From Candidatus Saccharimonadota bacterium (lineage in GTDB: Archaea > Micrarchaeota > Micrarchaeia > Micrarchaeales > Micrarchaeaceae), in NCBI GenBank assembly GCA_963698035.1, contig OY969114.1, positions 240,001-272,000 of the forward strand: 32,000 bases of DNA, read 5' to 3'. The notes beneath the pieces are model-generated. The model saw only the letters and a list, made by a program, of their open reading frames with translations. It was not told the origin of the DNA and made no database searches. Of the stretch, positions 16,044 to 24,266 are shown piece after piece. A program made the position numbers and the translations under genes. Position 1 is the first letter of the stretch. Each line of letters begins with the position of its first letter.

Positions 16044-16559
16044 TCAGGTAAGTCTGGCTCCGCATTTGCTGCAGAACTCTGAGCCGGTGGAGTTTCTCGT
16101 CCCGCATTTGCTGCAAAAAACAGGCGAACCATCGCCCCCGGCTGCAGGCTCATTCCCACCAGAACTCCCTCCATAAACCAACATCTGATTTACGTAATCG
16201 GCGAGCGTCTTGGCGTCAGTGTTGTTGAGCCCGTCTATCTCGCCCTCCTCCTTGCCGTTTTTCAACAGACCCTGGTCCTTGTCGTAGCCCTGCACCCTTA
16301 TGAATACCGACGAGGATATTATCCCCTTTTCAAACCTGACGCTGGTTATCTGCCTGTAGAGTATTACCTCGTAGTCCTTCCTCACCCCGAGCGTCGCCTT
16401 GTTCACTATTATCAGCCGCTTGTCGGTAGCTATCACCGACGTCGGCACGGTTACGGACCCGCCGGGGCCTACTCTCCTCTGCCTTACCGTGACCTGCACC
16501 TTCTCGTCCGGCATTAGGATTCCCTTCGCCGCATCTACATCATGCTGGTCAATGGCCAT
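16044..16559 (-). CDS. Bacterial-type PH (bPH/YdbS-like) domain protein with a C-terminal double zinc ribbon
   Basis: The likely start is MAIDQHD (ATG 16559), with TTTATATA on the minus strand about 30 nt upstream. The PH-like core is LMPDEKV...VIATDKRLIIV...ILYRQITSVRFEKG. The C-terminus is CSKCGTRNSTGSEFCSKCG. Confidence 0.6.
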   Translation of the reverse strand: MAIDQHDVDAAKGILMPDEKVQVTVRQRRVGPGGSVTVPTSVIATDKRLIIVNKATLGVRKDYEVILYRQITSVRFEKGIISSSVFIRVQGYDKDQGLLKNGKEEGEIDGLNNTDAKTLADYVNQMLVYGGSSGGNEPAAGGDGSPVFCSKCGTRNSTGSEFCSKCGARLT

Positions 16560-16612
16560 CTTATCTCTAATCTTTTCTGAAGAAAAGTATATAAACAGGC
16601 ATAGCGGGCTGC

Positions 16613-17356
16613 TTAGTGGTTCATGTTGTTGAATATATCTTCCCTGTCTTTGTTCGTGCCCTCTACCCACTGCGTTGACGGGCCAAGCGTTATCTCATAT
16701 CTGTCGTTTTCCATGCCATCAAGAGTCGCTCGGGCAACCTCAGATGCGGACACCGTCCATGCGACCTTCTCTATGGATTTGCCCTTCAGTTCGGTGTCGT
16801 AGACTGTTGGTGGGATTATCTCGAAGACCTTTATCTTTGTGTCCCTGAGCTGATAGCGCAGTGTCTTGGTGAAGGAATGTATTGCTGCCTTTGTTGCTGA
16901 ATAAACCGGAAATCTTGCAAGAGGGACGAACCCAAGCCCCGATGAAACATTGGCTATGCCAGCTGTATCGCATTTTAATAGAAAGGGGATGAAGCGCGCC
17001 GACAGGTATATCTGGGACCTGAGATTTATTTCGACCTCGTCTTCGTTATTCAGCAGATCCGCCATTCCATTCTTGAAATTTATAGGTCTCTGTATCCCCG
17101 CGTTGTTTATCAGCACGTTAAGCCCGGGGAAATTAGATGTGGCCCATTCGTAAAGGGCCTCGCGCCCCTCTTCCTTGGATATGTCGCATTGAAATATTTC
17201 TATTCCGGGGAGTGCCTTTTTGGCCTCGGCAAGCCTGCCCTGCCTCCTGCCGCATATAAGGACTTTGTTTCCTGATCCAGCAAATGCATTTGCGAGAGCG
17301 AACCCTATGCCTGTTGCCCCGCCGGTTATCAGGATTATATTCCCGGAAATTTTCAT
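16613..17356 (-). CDS. Short-chain dehydrogenase/reductase (SDR)
   Basis: The likely start is MKISGNIILITGGATGIGFALA (TGxxxGxG) at ATG 17356. The catalytic motif is YSATKAA (YxxxK), with NNAG upstream. The track ORF extension to 17431 would run into the tRNA. Confidence 0.85.
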   Translation of the reverse strand: MKISGNIILITGGATGIGFALANAFAGSGNKVLICGRRQGRLAEAKKALPGIEIFQCDISKEEGREALYEWATSNFPGLNVLINNAGIQRPINFKNGMADLLNNEDEVEINLRSQIYLSARFIPFLLKCDTAGIANVSSGLGFVPLARFPVYSATKAAIHSFTKTLRYQLRDTKIKVFEIIPPTVYDTELKGKSIEKVAWTVSASEVARATLDGMENDRYEITLGPSTQWVEGTNKDREDIFNNMNH

Positions 17357-17390
17357 ACTATCCCTTTTCCATAGCCAGCTTAATGCAATT

Positions 17391-17517
17391 CGCCGGGGTA
17401 GGGATTCGAACCCTAAAGCCCTTGCGGGCACCGGTTAGCCCGTTTTCGCATCACAGATCAGCTCTCGATGCCTTAAAAGCTCGAGACCGGCGCGTTACCA
17501 GATTCTGCCACCCCGGC
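17391..17517 (-). tRNA. tRNA-Ser (anticodon CGA) with a ~43-nt intron after position 37
   Basis: The reverse complement folds as follows: acceptor GCCGGGG/CCCCGGC, anticodon stem CCGGU/ACCGG, and loop CUCGAG|A. It has a long variable arm GCCC-GCAA-GGGC, a T arm UAGGG-UUCGAAU-CCCUA, and discriminator G. The insert (about 17437-17479) contains UCGAG, complementary to CUCGA of the anticodon loop. No CCA is encoded. There is one A:C mismatch in the D stem. Confidence 0.85.
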
Positions 17518-17551
17518 ATTTGCCAGCAGCCCATAGATTGCTGAGCAGTAT

Positions 17552-17576
17552 CTATTTAAGATTAGCTATTAAATAT
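17552..17576. promoter_or_regulatory. Back-to-back TATA-like boxes for tRNA-Ser (-) and the GT2 gene (+)
   Basis: The minus strand reads CTTAAATAG (17560..17552), about 35 nt upstream of the tRNA 5' end. The plus strand reads TATTAAATAT (17567-17576), about 31 nt upstream of ATG 17608. Confidence 0.4.
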
Positions 17577-17607
17577 CTTCTAGCTACCATCAATTGGTGG
17601 CAATCTG

Positions 17608-19167
17608 ATGGTCATATTGACGCAACAATATTTCACCCGCGGATTGATTATAAGGTTTGCAACGGCCGCCACCTTTATCGTGCTCTCCATTGCGAGCTTC
17701 ATCTTCGCGGGCTATATGTTTCTGGTCTCGAATTCGGCTTACACCCTCGCGATAGCGTGCGCCTTCCTCGCATTGACAATATTCGCCGGTTTCTTCAACG
17801 TGTACGCCTCGGTAGCGTACCTGAGGTCCTACTATTATGATAGGTACCTTGCAAACATAAAGAGGGGGCTCAGGCCTCTCCACAGGTTCCCGACTGTCGC
17901 AGTGGCCATGCCTGTCTTCAACGAGGATCTCGAAATGGTGAAGAAGAACCTGTCGGAGCTCTTCAAGATTGACTATCCGAGAGACAAGATGACCTTCTAT
18001 GTGTTGGATGACTCCACGAACCCCGAGGTCGCCAAGAAGCTGGAGCTCTTCTGCAGAAAGAACGACATCATCTTCATGCACAGAGACAACAGGAAGGGCT
18101 GCAAAGCGGGCGCGATGAACGCGCTGATAAAGATTGCAAAGGAGGAATTCCTCGCAATATTTGACGCAGATGAGTTCCTCACCAATAGGGGGTTCATGAA
18201 GGACATACTACCGTACTTCCAGGACAGCGCCCTTGCATATGTGCAGACCGAGAAGAGGTACAGGGAAGGCTCACTATTCTCGGGTGCGGTCGACCTCTTC
18301 GATGCGTTCTTCTTCAAGTTCATACAGCCGCAGAGGGCGCTCAACAACACCGCGCTTTTCGCCGGCTCGTGCGGCATGATAAGGATGTCCGCCGCCAGGA
18401 AGATAGGAGGCTTCCCCGAATATGTGATAGAGGATACCTTCTTCAGCCTCGAATCTGACCTTCACAACTTCAAGGGCCTCTATGTTCCTGAGGTTTACGC
18501 TCTTGGGGAGCCTATAGAAACATTCAGCAGCCTCATAAAGCAACAATGGAGGTACAACTACGGCGACACGCAGTTCATAAAGTACTACTTCAAGCGCTCG
18601 GGCAAGTCGAGGAAGCTCTCGTTGAGGGCGAACATGGACTACTACAGCCATGGCTTTGGCCTCAACTATCTATCCATTATACTTATTTTCTTCACCGTTC
18701 TCTCGGTACTGATAACGTTCTCTACGCTTCCGTTCGGGCATCTTACGGTAAAGGCGATTGTCCAGGGCCATTACATGAGTTGGTGGCTTGAGATACTGGG
18801 TGGCGTAGCGTTCACCCTATCAATACTTGCATCAGTGATATTGACAAAGGTCTATTTCGGCTCGGTGAAGAAGGGCTTCATGATCTTCGCGCTCAACTTC
18901 GCTCTCGCCATCTCGCGCGCCAAGGCCGCGCTGGCTGCGATATTCAAGAGGGATCCCACAGTACAGTGGATGAAGGTGGAGAAGGGCTCTGCAAGCAACC
19001 TGTCGTACGCGATAGCAAACACGAAGATGGAGATAGCCCTGTCCGCATCGTTCCTCTCGCTCGGCTTCGTAGCTTTCCTTGAGAGCAACGTATTTGGTGC
19101 GGTCTGGCTCGTTACATATGGCGTGCTCTACCTCTTTACCACAATACTGCTATACAGGTACGGATGA
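17608..19167 (+). CDS. Family-2 processive beta-glycosyltransferase (cellulose/chitin-synthase-like), integral membrane
   Basis: The D, DxD, ED and QxxRW series is VLDDSTNPE, FDADEF, VIEDTFFS and IKQQWRYNYG. There are two N-terminal and several C-terminal hydrophobic segments. Confidence 0.8.
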   Translation: MVILTQQYFTRGLIIRFATAATFIVLSIASFIFAGYMFLVSNSAYTLAIACAFLALTIFAGFFNVYASVAYLRSYYYDRYLANIKRGLRPLHRFPTVAVAMPVFNEDLEMVKKNLSELFKIDYPRDKMTFYVLDDSTNPEVAKKLELFCRKNDIIFMHRDNRKGCKAGAMNALIKIAKEEFLAIFDADEFLTNRGFMKDILPYFQDSALAYVQTEKRYREGSLFSGAVDLFDAFFFKFIQPQRALNNTALFAGSCGMIRMSAARKIGGFPEYVIEDTFFSLESDLHNFKGLYVPEVYALGEPIETFSSLIKQQWRYNYGDTQFIKYYFKRSGKSRKLSLRANMDYYSHGFGLNYLSIILIFFTVLSVLITFSTLPFGHLTVKAIVQGHYMSWWLEILGGVAFTLSILASVILTKVYFGSVKKGFMIFALNFALAISRAKAALAAIFKRDPTVQWMKVEKGSASNLSYAIANTKMEIALSASFLSLGFVAFLESNVFGAVWLVTYGVLYLFTTILLYRYG

Positions 19168-19171
19168 TTGC

Positions 19172-19477
19172 TTGATATACTTGAAGGTGCACGACACGGA
19201 AAACGGCAAGATTGTGGCGATGTGCGACGAGGCGCTTATCGACAAGGTTCTCGAGGAGGGCACCATTGTCATAGACATAAAAGGCTACTCCGATTTCTAC
19301 AGGGGTAAGCTCGTCTCCCCGGACGAGTCAAACGGCATTCCTGAGAAGAGCAAAATCTTCTCAGCCAACATAGTGGGGAAGGAATCTGTAAAGGCGGCGA
19401 TAGACTGGATGGTTATAGAGAAGGGGCACGTAAAAACCGTAAAGGGGGTTCCCTATGCCCAGGCATACAGAGTCTAG
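19172..19477 (+). CDS. DUF424-family small protein
   Basis: The track ORF 19079..19477 overlaps the GT2 3' end. The family-like N-terminus (M)IYLKVHDTENGKIVAMCDEALIDKVLEEG begins at the in-frame TTG 19172, 5 nt after the GT2 stop. Confidence 0.6.
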   Translation: MIYLKVHDTENGKIVAMCDEALIDKVLEEGTIVIDIKGYSDFYRGKLVSPDESNGIPEKSKIFSANIVGKESVKAAIDWMVIEKGHVKTVKGVPYAQAYRV

Positions 19478-19821
19478 TCCTTCCTTGTGAGGTCGAGTAT
19501 CGCTTTCGCTATGTCGCCGTTCGCATCAGAGAGCGCCTTTTTAACCCGGTCTTGATCGTTTATCCCGGTCTTCTCCTGCACAAGCTTTATGTCGTCCTCG
19601 CTTATGCTGAGCTCTACAGCCTTCTCGTTCTCAGATATGTCACCGGTTACCTGGAAGCTCGTGATGCCCCGCATTTCAATCCTTGTCACCTGGGGGCTTG
19701 CGATGACAATCTGCCTGTCATCGCACTCTATTGTCACCCTTATCGCGCTTATCTCCTCTGATTTTATGCCCATCTTGGCCATCATGCTCTTCATCGTCCT
19801 TGGGTCCATGTTCGGCATCAT
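19474..19821 (-). CDS. nac: Nascent polypeptide-associated complex protein (archaeal NAC, NAC + UBA domains)
   Basis: MMAKMGIKSEEISAIRVTIECDDRQIVIASPQVTRIEMRGITSFQVTG is the NAC domain. C-terminal EDDIKLVQEKTGINDQDRVKKALSDANGDIAKAILDL is UBA-like. Confidence 0.88.
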   Translation of the reverse strand: MMPNMDPRTMKSMMAKMGIKSEEISAIRVTIECDDRQIVIASPQVTRIEMRGITSFQVTGDISENEKAVELSISEDDIKLVQEKTGINDQDRVKKALSDANGDIAKAILDLTRKD

Positions 19822-19938
19822 CTAATCACAGCGCAAGATATTGTATCACAAAGAATTTATTGCTAACAGATGTAGCGGGGAGCGCAAAAACAGAAACAAA
19901 AGAGAGCCTTCTTAAGGATTAAAGGTGTAATTCAAACT

Positions 19939-20631
19939 ATGAGAGCCGACTCTGTAATCGTAGACCATGTGTCGAAAATCTACAAATCTGACACTGTAGA
20001 GGTGAGGGCGATAGACGATGTATCGTTCACCGCTAAGAAGGGCGAGTTCGTAGCCATAGTGGGCCCTTCCGGAAGCGGCAAATCTAGCCTTATGCACATG
20101 CTCGGCACGATAGACAAGCCCACATCGGGCGAGATATACATAGATGGAATCGCGACATCGAAGATGAGCGGGGACCAGCTGGCAGAATTCAGGAACAGCA
20201 AGCTCGGCTTCGTCTTCCAGGCATTCAACCTTGTAAACGGGCTTACTGCAGAGGGCAACGTAGAGTTGCCGCTGATGGTGAATCCTATCAGCACAGCCGA
20301 AAGAAGGGAGAGGGCATCAGGACTGCTAACGCAGCTCGGGCTCGGGGAGAGGCTCAACATGAAACCGCCAAAGCTGAGCGGCGGGGAGCAGCAGCGGGTC
20401 GCGGTTGCGAGGGCTCTTGTGAACAAACCGACGCTCGTTCTGGCGGACGAACCCACTGGTGACCTTGACACAAAGTCAGGCGAGGGAGTGGTAAAGCTGC
20501 TGCGCGAGATCTGCGACGAGAGAGGGATTACGATAATAATGGTGACACACAACCTTGAGATAATAAAGTACTGTGATAGGGTTATATACCTTAGAGATGG
20601 AAGGAAGGAAAAGCAGGTGCTGGTAAAATGA
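19939..20631 (+). CDS. ABC transporter ATP-binding protein (MacB/LolD-like)
   Basis: Walker A is GPSGSGKSS, the signature is LSGGEQQR, and Walker B is LVLADEPTGDLD. GGTG lies about 12 nt upstream of the ATG. Confidence 0.9.
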   Translation: MRADSVIVDHVSKIYKSDTVEVRAIDDVSFTAKKGEFVAIVGPSGSGKSSLMHMLGTIDKPTSGEIYIDGIATSKMSGDQLAEFRNSKLGFVFQAFNLVNGLTAEGNVELPLMVNPISTAERRERASGLLTQLGLGERLNMKPPKLSGGEQQRVAVARALVNKPTLVLADEPTGDLDTKSGEGVVKLLREICDERGITIIMVTHNLEIIKYCDRVIYLRDGRKEKQVLVK

Positions 20632-21884
20632 GGATGTGGATTCTCTTCTTGGTGCTGATTGCGGCTATTGTCCCGATATCGTTCGCAGCAACCGGTGGCG
20701 GGGGAACAAACCCAATACCACCGCCGCCCAACTTCTACATACAGACCAATGTGACCACAGTATGCAGGGGAGAGGTCAATTTGATACCGATAACATTGGC
20801 GGTGAGCGGGAGCGGTGGCATGGAAAACACGCAGATAGGGCTTGTTGGCGGCAAGGGACTGTACACGCTGGGCAACAGCACGATATCCCTACCGGTTGTC
20901 AATCAGACCAGCCCACAGACCGGCGATCTTCCCATTTTCGTCAGCTCGAATGCGTCGTTCGTGCAGGCCGAGCTTTCGATAAATTATTACTACTACACAA
21001 TCTACACAGACAGCGAGACAAGGAACGTTAGCCTCTGGATAACTACCTGCCCGCTGCCCCTGTCGGTCAACGTTAACCCCAAGATACTCGTAGCGGGCAG
21101 CATACAGAACATAACCTTCAACATAACCAATACCGGAGTGACGCCGCTCAACTCGATATCACTTAAGACAACATTCCCATCGCAATACGCTGCAGTGCTG
21201 GACAACCAGCCGATAGACGTCGGCTCTGTACCCGGAATGAGCAAAAAGACGATAAGCGCGAGCGTCTACGTCTACAAGAACGCATCGCAGCTGCTGCCAG
21301 CGCTGGTGAACATAACCTTCTTCAACGGCGTGCTCTTTGAGGAGTCGCTGAACACGCTCGACCTGCTTACCGCAGGCACGATAAACCTCACTACGTCTAG
21401 CCTTACAGTATCACCCAGCGCGCCCGCCCCTGGCAGCATCTTTTCAATATCGTTCGTGCTTACAAACACAGGAACGGATAGCGCCTCTGCTCTAGCAGCG
21501 ACTGCGCTTGCGGTGAAGGGCTTCACCACCTTCGGTTCCAGCTCGGTCTTCGTTGGCGATGTGGGAGCAGACAGCCAGACGCCGATAACGCTGACGTTTG
21601 TCGCAAGCAACAGCATAAGGAGCGGCAACTACACGATACCGATACGCATAAACTACCTTAACAGTTTCAGGGACAACATCAGCATGACGATGAATGTATC
21701 GGTAGGTATAGTAGGTGGCTCATCCTTCACAAGCTCGAACTCCGTAATAAGAAGCGGCACTAGCGTTTCAGTATATAGAACTGGCGGCTCTATCATGCTC
21801 GTAGTTGTTATAGGACTTGTTGTAGTGGTTATCGTCGAATCTGTGCTAATCTTTAAAACGCGGAGGAGGCGCCATCCTAAATGA
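20628..21884 (+). CDS. Secreted, C-terminally membrane-anchored surface (glyco)protein
   Basis: The N-terminal signal-like segment is MRMWILFLVLIAAIVPISFA. The C-terminal TM plus basic stop-transfer is IMLVVVIGLVVVVIVESVLIFKTRRRRHPK. It has 13 N-x-S/T sequons and beta-rich repeats reminiscent of CARDB/S-layer-type domains (by eye). ATGA overlaps couple it at both ends. Confidence 0.7.
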   Translation: MRMWILFLVLIAAIVPISFAATGGGGTNPIPPPPNFYIQTNVTTVCRGEVNLIPITLAVSGSGGMENTQIGLVGGKGLYTLGNSTISLPVVNQTSPQTGDLPIFVSSNASFVQAELSINYYYYTIYTDSETRNVSLWITTCPLPLSVNVNPKILVAGSIQNITFNITNTGVTPLNSISLKTTFPSQYAAVLDNQPIDVGSVPGMSKKTISASVYVYKNASQLLPALVNITFFNGVLFEESLNTLDLLTAGTINLTTSSLTVSPSAPAPGSIFSISFVLTNTGTDSASALAATALAVKGFTTFGSSSVFVGDVGADSQTPITLTFVASNSIRSGNYTIPIRINYLNSFRDNISMTMNVSVGIVGGSSFTSSNSVIRSGTSVSVYRTGGSIMLVVVIGLVVVVIVESVLIFKTRRRRHPK

Positions 21885-23182
21885 ATGTAAAGGATATACT
21901 CTGGCTGTCTTACAAGGACATAAGCGAGAAGAAGGTAAGGACGGGGCTCACTGCGCTGATGGTGGTGATAGGCATCGCCGCCATAGTCGCGCTTTTGTCT
22001 CAGACTGCAGGCATAAGCGCCAGTGTAAGCCAGACGCTTTCCTCGCTGGGGCCGACCTCGATAATAATTACGTCTACTGGCAGCACCGGCTTTACTGCTG
22101 CTGATACGGGTGACATATCTTCACTGCCGAACGTCAGCACTGTAATACCGATACTAACTTCAACGGCAACGCTGAGGGTTGGTAGCCTGAACGAGTCGAC
22201 CGAGCTTATAGGCATAACTTCGGAAGGGCTGCAGGAGCTGCTCGGCAGCACAAACCTGTACCAGGGCGCGATGTATCAGGACACAGTCGCACCGGACGTC
22301 GTTGTGGGATACAGTGCGGCCTTCCCCTCATCGGGTGCAGGTGCACAGGAGATACAAGTTGGGGACCCGGCAACACTAACGATTGGAGGGAAGGGCGGCG
22401 AGACGGTGACCGTGCCGGTGGTAGGAGTGCTGCAATCATACGCCAGCTCCCTGATACCGGTTGATAGTGGGGTTGTGATGTCGCTGACTGCTGCTGAGGC
22501 GCTGATGCAGAGGACATACTTCAATACGATACTTGTAAAGGCGACAAGCACCAGCAGCGTGACTGCGCTTTCGAACTTGATAACCGACATCTACGGAAGC
22601 AAGGCGAGGGTGATTACAACGCAGGAGCTGCTTACGGCCACCTCATCGATACTTGGGGAGATAACAACGCTATTCGTGATTGTAGGTGGTGTGTCGCTGC
22701 TCGTCGCAGCGGTAGGGATAATGAACGTGATGCTTATTGCGGTATTTGAGAGAACCCACGAGATAGGTGTAATGAAGGCGCTGGGCTTCAAGAACAGGCA
22801 CATAATGCTGATATTCCTCTTCCAGGCGATGACGATAGGGTTGGTCGGCGGAATTCTGGGAGTGGCGGCCGGCGCAGGCGCTTCCTACGCCCTTACCAGC
22901 GTATTAGGGCATTCATCTTCAACGTCCACAACGTCGTCGGCGAGCAGCGCATCGTCTGGCACTTATAGAGCTGGGGCTTCATCGGGCTTCGGCGGACCTA
23001 CGCTAGTCGCTGCCGGACCTTCAACATCATCCAGCTCCAGCCTGTCGTACCATCCCGTCTTTACCTTTACTACGATAGCGTCGGCACTGCTGGTCGCAGT
23101 GCTCGTAAGCGTAATAGCGGGCATATATCCGGCATGGAGGGCATCAAGGATGGAGCCCATAGATGCGCTGAGGGAGCTGTAG
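21881..23182 (+). CDS. ABC transporter permease, FtsX/MacB family
   Basis: It has an N-terminal TM, a large extracytoplasmic domain, and a C-terminal FtsX-type TM bundle (ERTHEIGVMKALGFKNRHI; C-terminal YPAWRASRMEPIDALRE). An unusual Ser/Thr-rich loop (SSSTSTTSSASSASSG...STSSSSS) lies before the last TM. Confidence 0.85.
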   Translation: MNVKDILWLSYKDISEKKVRTGLTALMVVIGIAAIVALLSQTAGISASVSQTLSSLGPTSIIITSTGSTGFTAADTGDISSLPNVSTVIPILTSTATLRVGSLNESTELIGITSEGLQELLGSTNLYQGAMYQDTVAPDVVVGYSAAFPSSGAGAQEIQVGDPATLTIGGKGGETVTVPVVGVLQSYASSLIPVDSGVVMSLTAAEALMQRTYFNTILVKATSTSSVTALSNLITDIYGSKARVITTQELLTATSSILGEITTLFVIVGGVSLLVAAVGIMNVMLIAVFERTHEIGVMKALGFKNRHIMLIFLFQAMTIGLVGGILGVAAGAGASYALTSVLGHSSSTSTTSSASSASSGTYRAGASSGFGGPTLVAAGPSTSSSSSLSYHPVFTFTTIASALLVAVLVSVIAGIYPAWRASRMEPIDALREL

Positions 23183-23212
23183 CTGCAGATGAAGACCAAG
23201 AAAGAGCAAAGC

Positions 23213-23221
23213 CTTAAATAG
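23213..23221 (+). promoter_or_regulatory. Candidate TATA box for the SPFH gene
   Basis: CTTAAATAG ends 24 nt upstream of ATG 23245, which is consistent with a leaderless or very short-leader mRNA. Confidence 0.35.
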
Positions 23222-23244
23222 ATTTAATGGATAAATGATATCTT

Positions 23245-24195
23245 ATGGCTGATGTTAAGCCTTCTGTGGGAACTGCGAGGTCTTATGCTTTTGGTGTAGC
23301 GGCAGCGGTCGACTTTCTTATAATAGCGATAATAACAGGATTCACATACTACCTGACATTCAGCATTATATCCGCAGTCGTAGTCTTCTTTGTAATCCTG
23401 CTGATTGTGCTGAGTCTATCTCTAAGGATACTTAACCAGTGGAACAGGATGGCCGTTCTTCGCCTTGGGAGATATGTTGGCGTGATAGGGCCGGGCCCCT
23501 ATCTGATAGTGCCGCTTATAGACAGGACCCCGATAAGGGTCGATTTGAGGGTAATAAGCACCGCGTTCAAGGCGGAGAGGACCCTTACAAAAGACAACGT
23601 GCCTGTAGACGTGGACGCGATACTCTTCTGGCAGGTCAGGAATCCCGAGAGCGCCATACTGAACGTGCAGTCTTACTACGACTCTGTCCTTCTAGCATCG
23701 CAGACCGCGATGCGGGACATAATAGGAAAGAGCGAACTTTCCTTGATGCTCTCCGGCAGGGATAAAATAGGAATGGATATACAGCAGCTCATAGAGGAGA
23801 GGGTAACCAACTGGGGTGTAGAGGCGATATCTGTAGAGATAAGGGATGTTACGATACCATCTGACCTTCAGAATGCAATGGCGAGGGTAGCGACATCCGA
23901 CAGGGAGAAGCAGGCAAGGGTCATACTAGCGGAAAGCGAATCGCTTGCGGCGGACAAGATGCTTGAGGCAGCACACAAGTACGAGACGGATCCCTTTGCG
24001 ATGCAGCTCAGGGGATTGAACATGATGTACGAGATAAGCCTCGCAGGGAAGAACGTCATGGTATTCATACCTACAGAGTCGAAGGGCTTCAGCCTGCCGC
24101 TGCCCATGGGTATCGCTGGGCTGAAGGACTTCATAGAGCAACGGGAAAAGGAGACGAAACCGGCTGATAAAAAGAAGAAGACAGACAGTAAATGA
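23245..24195 (+). CDS. SPFH/band-7 (stomatin/prohibitin-like) membrane protein
   Basis: An N-terminal hydrophobic hairpin is followed by ILNQWNRMAVLRLGRYVGVIGPGPYLIVPLIDR...TKDNVPVDVDAILFWQV, typical of stomatin-like proteins. The tail is Lys-rich. Confidence 0.85.
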   Translation: MADVKPSVGTARSYAFGVAAAVDFLIIAIITGFTYYLTFSIISAVVVFFVILLIVLSLSLRILNQWNRMAVLRLGRYVGVIGPGPYLIVPLIDRTPIRVDLRVISTAFKAERTLTKDNVPVDVDAILFWQVRNPESAILNVQSYYDSVLLASQTAMRDIIGKSELSLMLSGRDKIGMDIQQLIEERVTNWGVEAISVEIRDVTIPSDLQNAMARVATSDREKQARVILAESESLAADKMLEAAHKYETDPFAMQLRGLNMMYEISLAGKNVMVFIPTESKGFSLPLPMGIAGLKDFIEQREKETKPADKKKKTDSK

Positions 24196-24266
24196 TGTTT
24201 TGCTTGAGCCTCGGTTTTCGAACTTGAGGACTTCTATCTAATAATTTTGTGGAATATGTGTCCATC

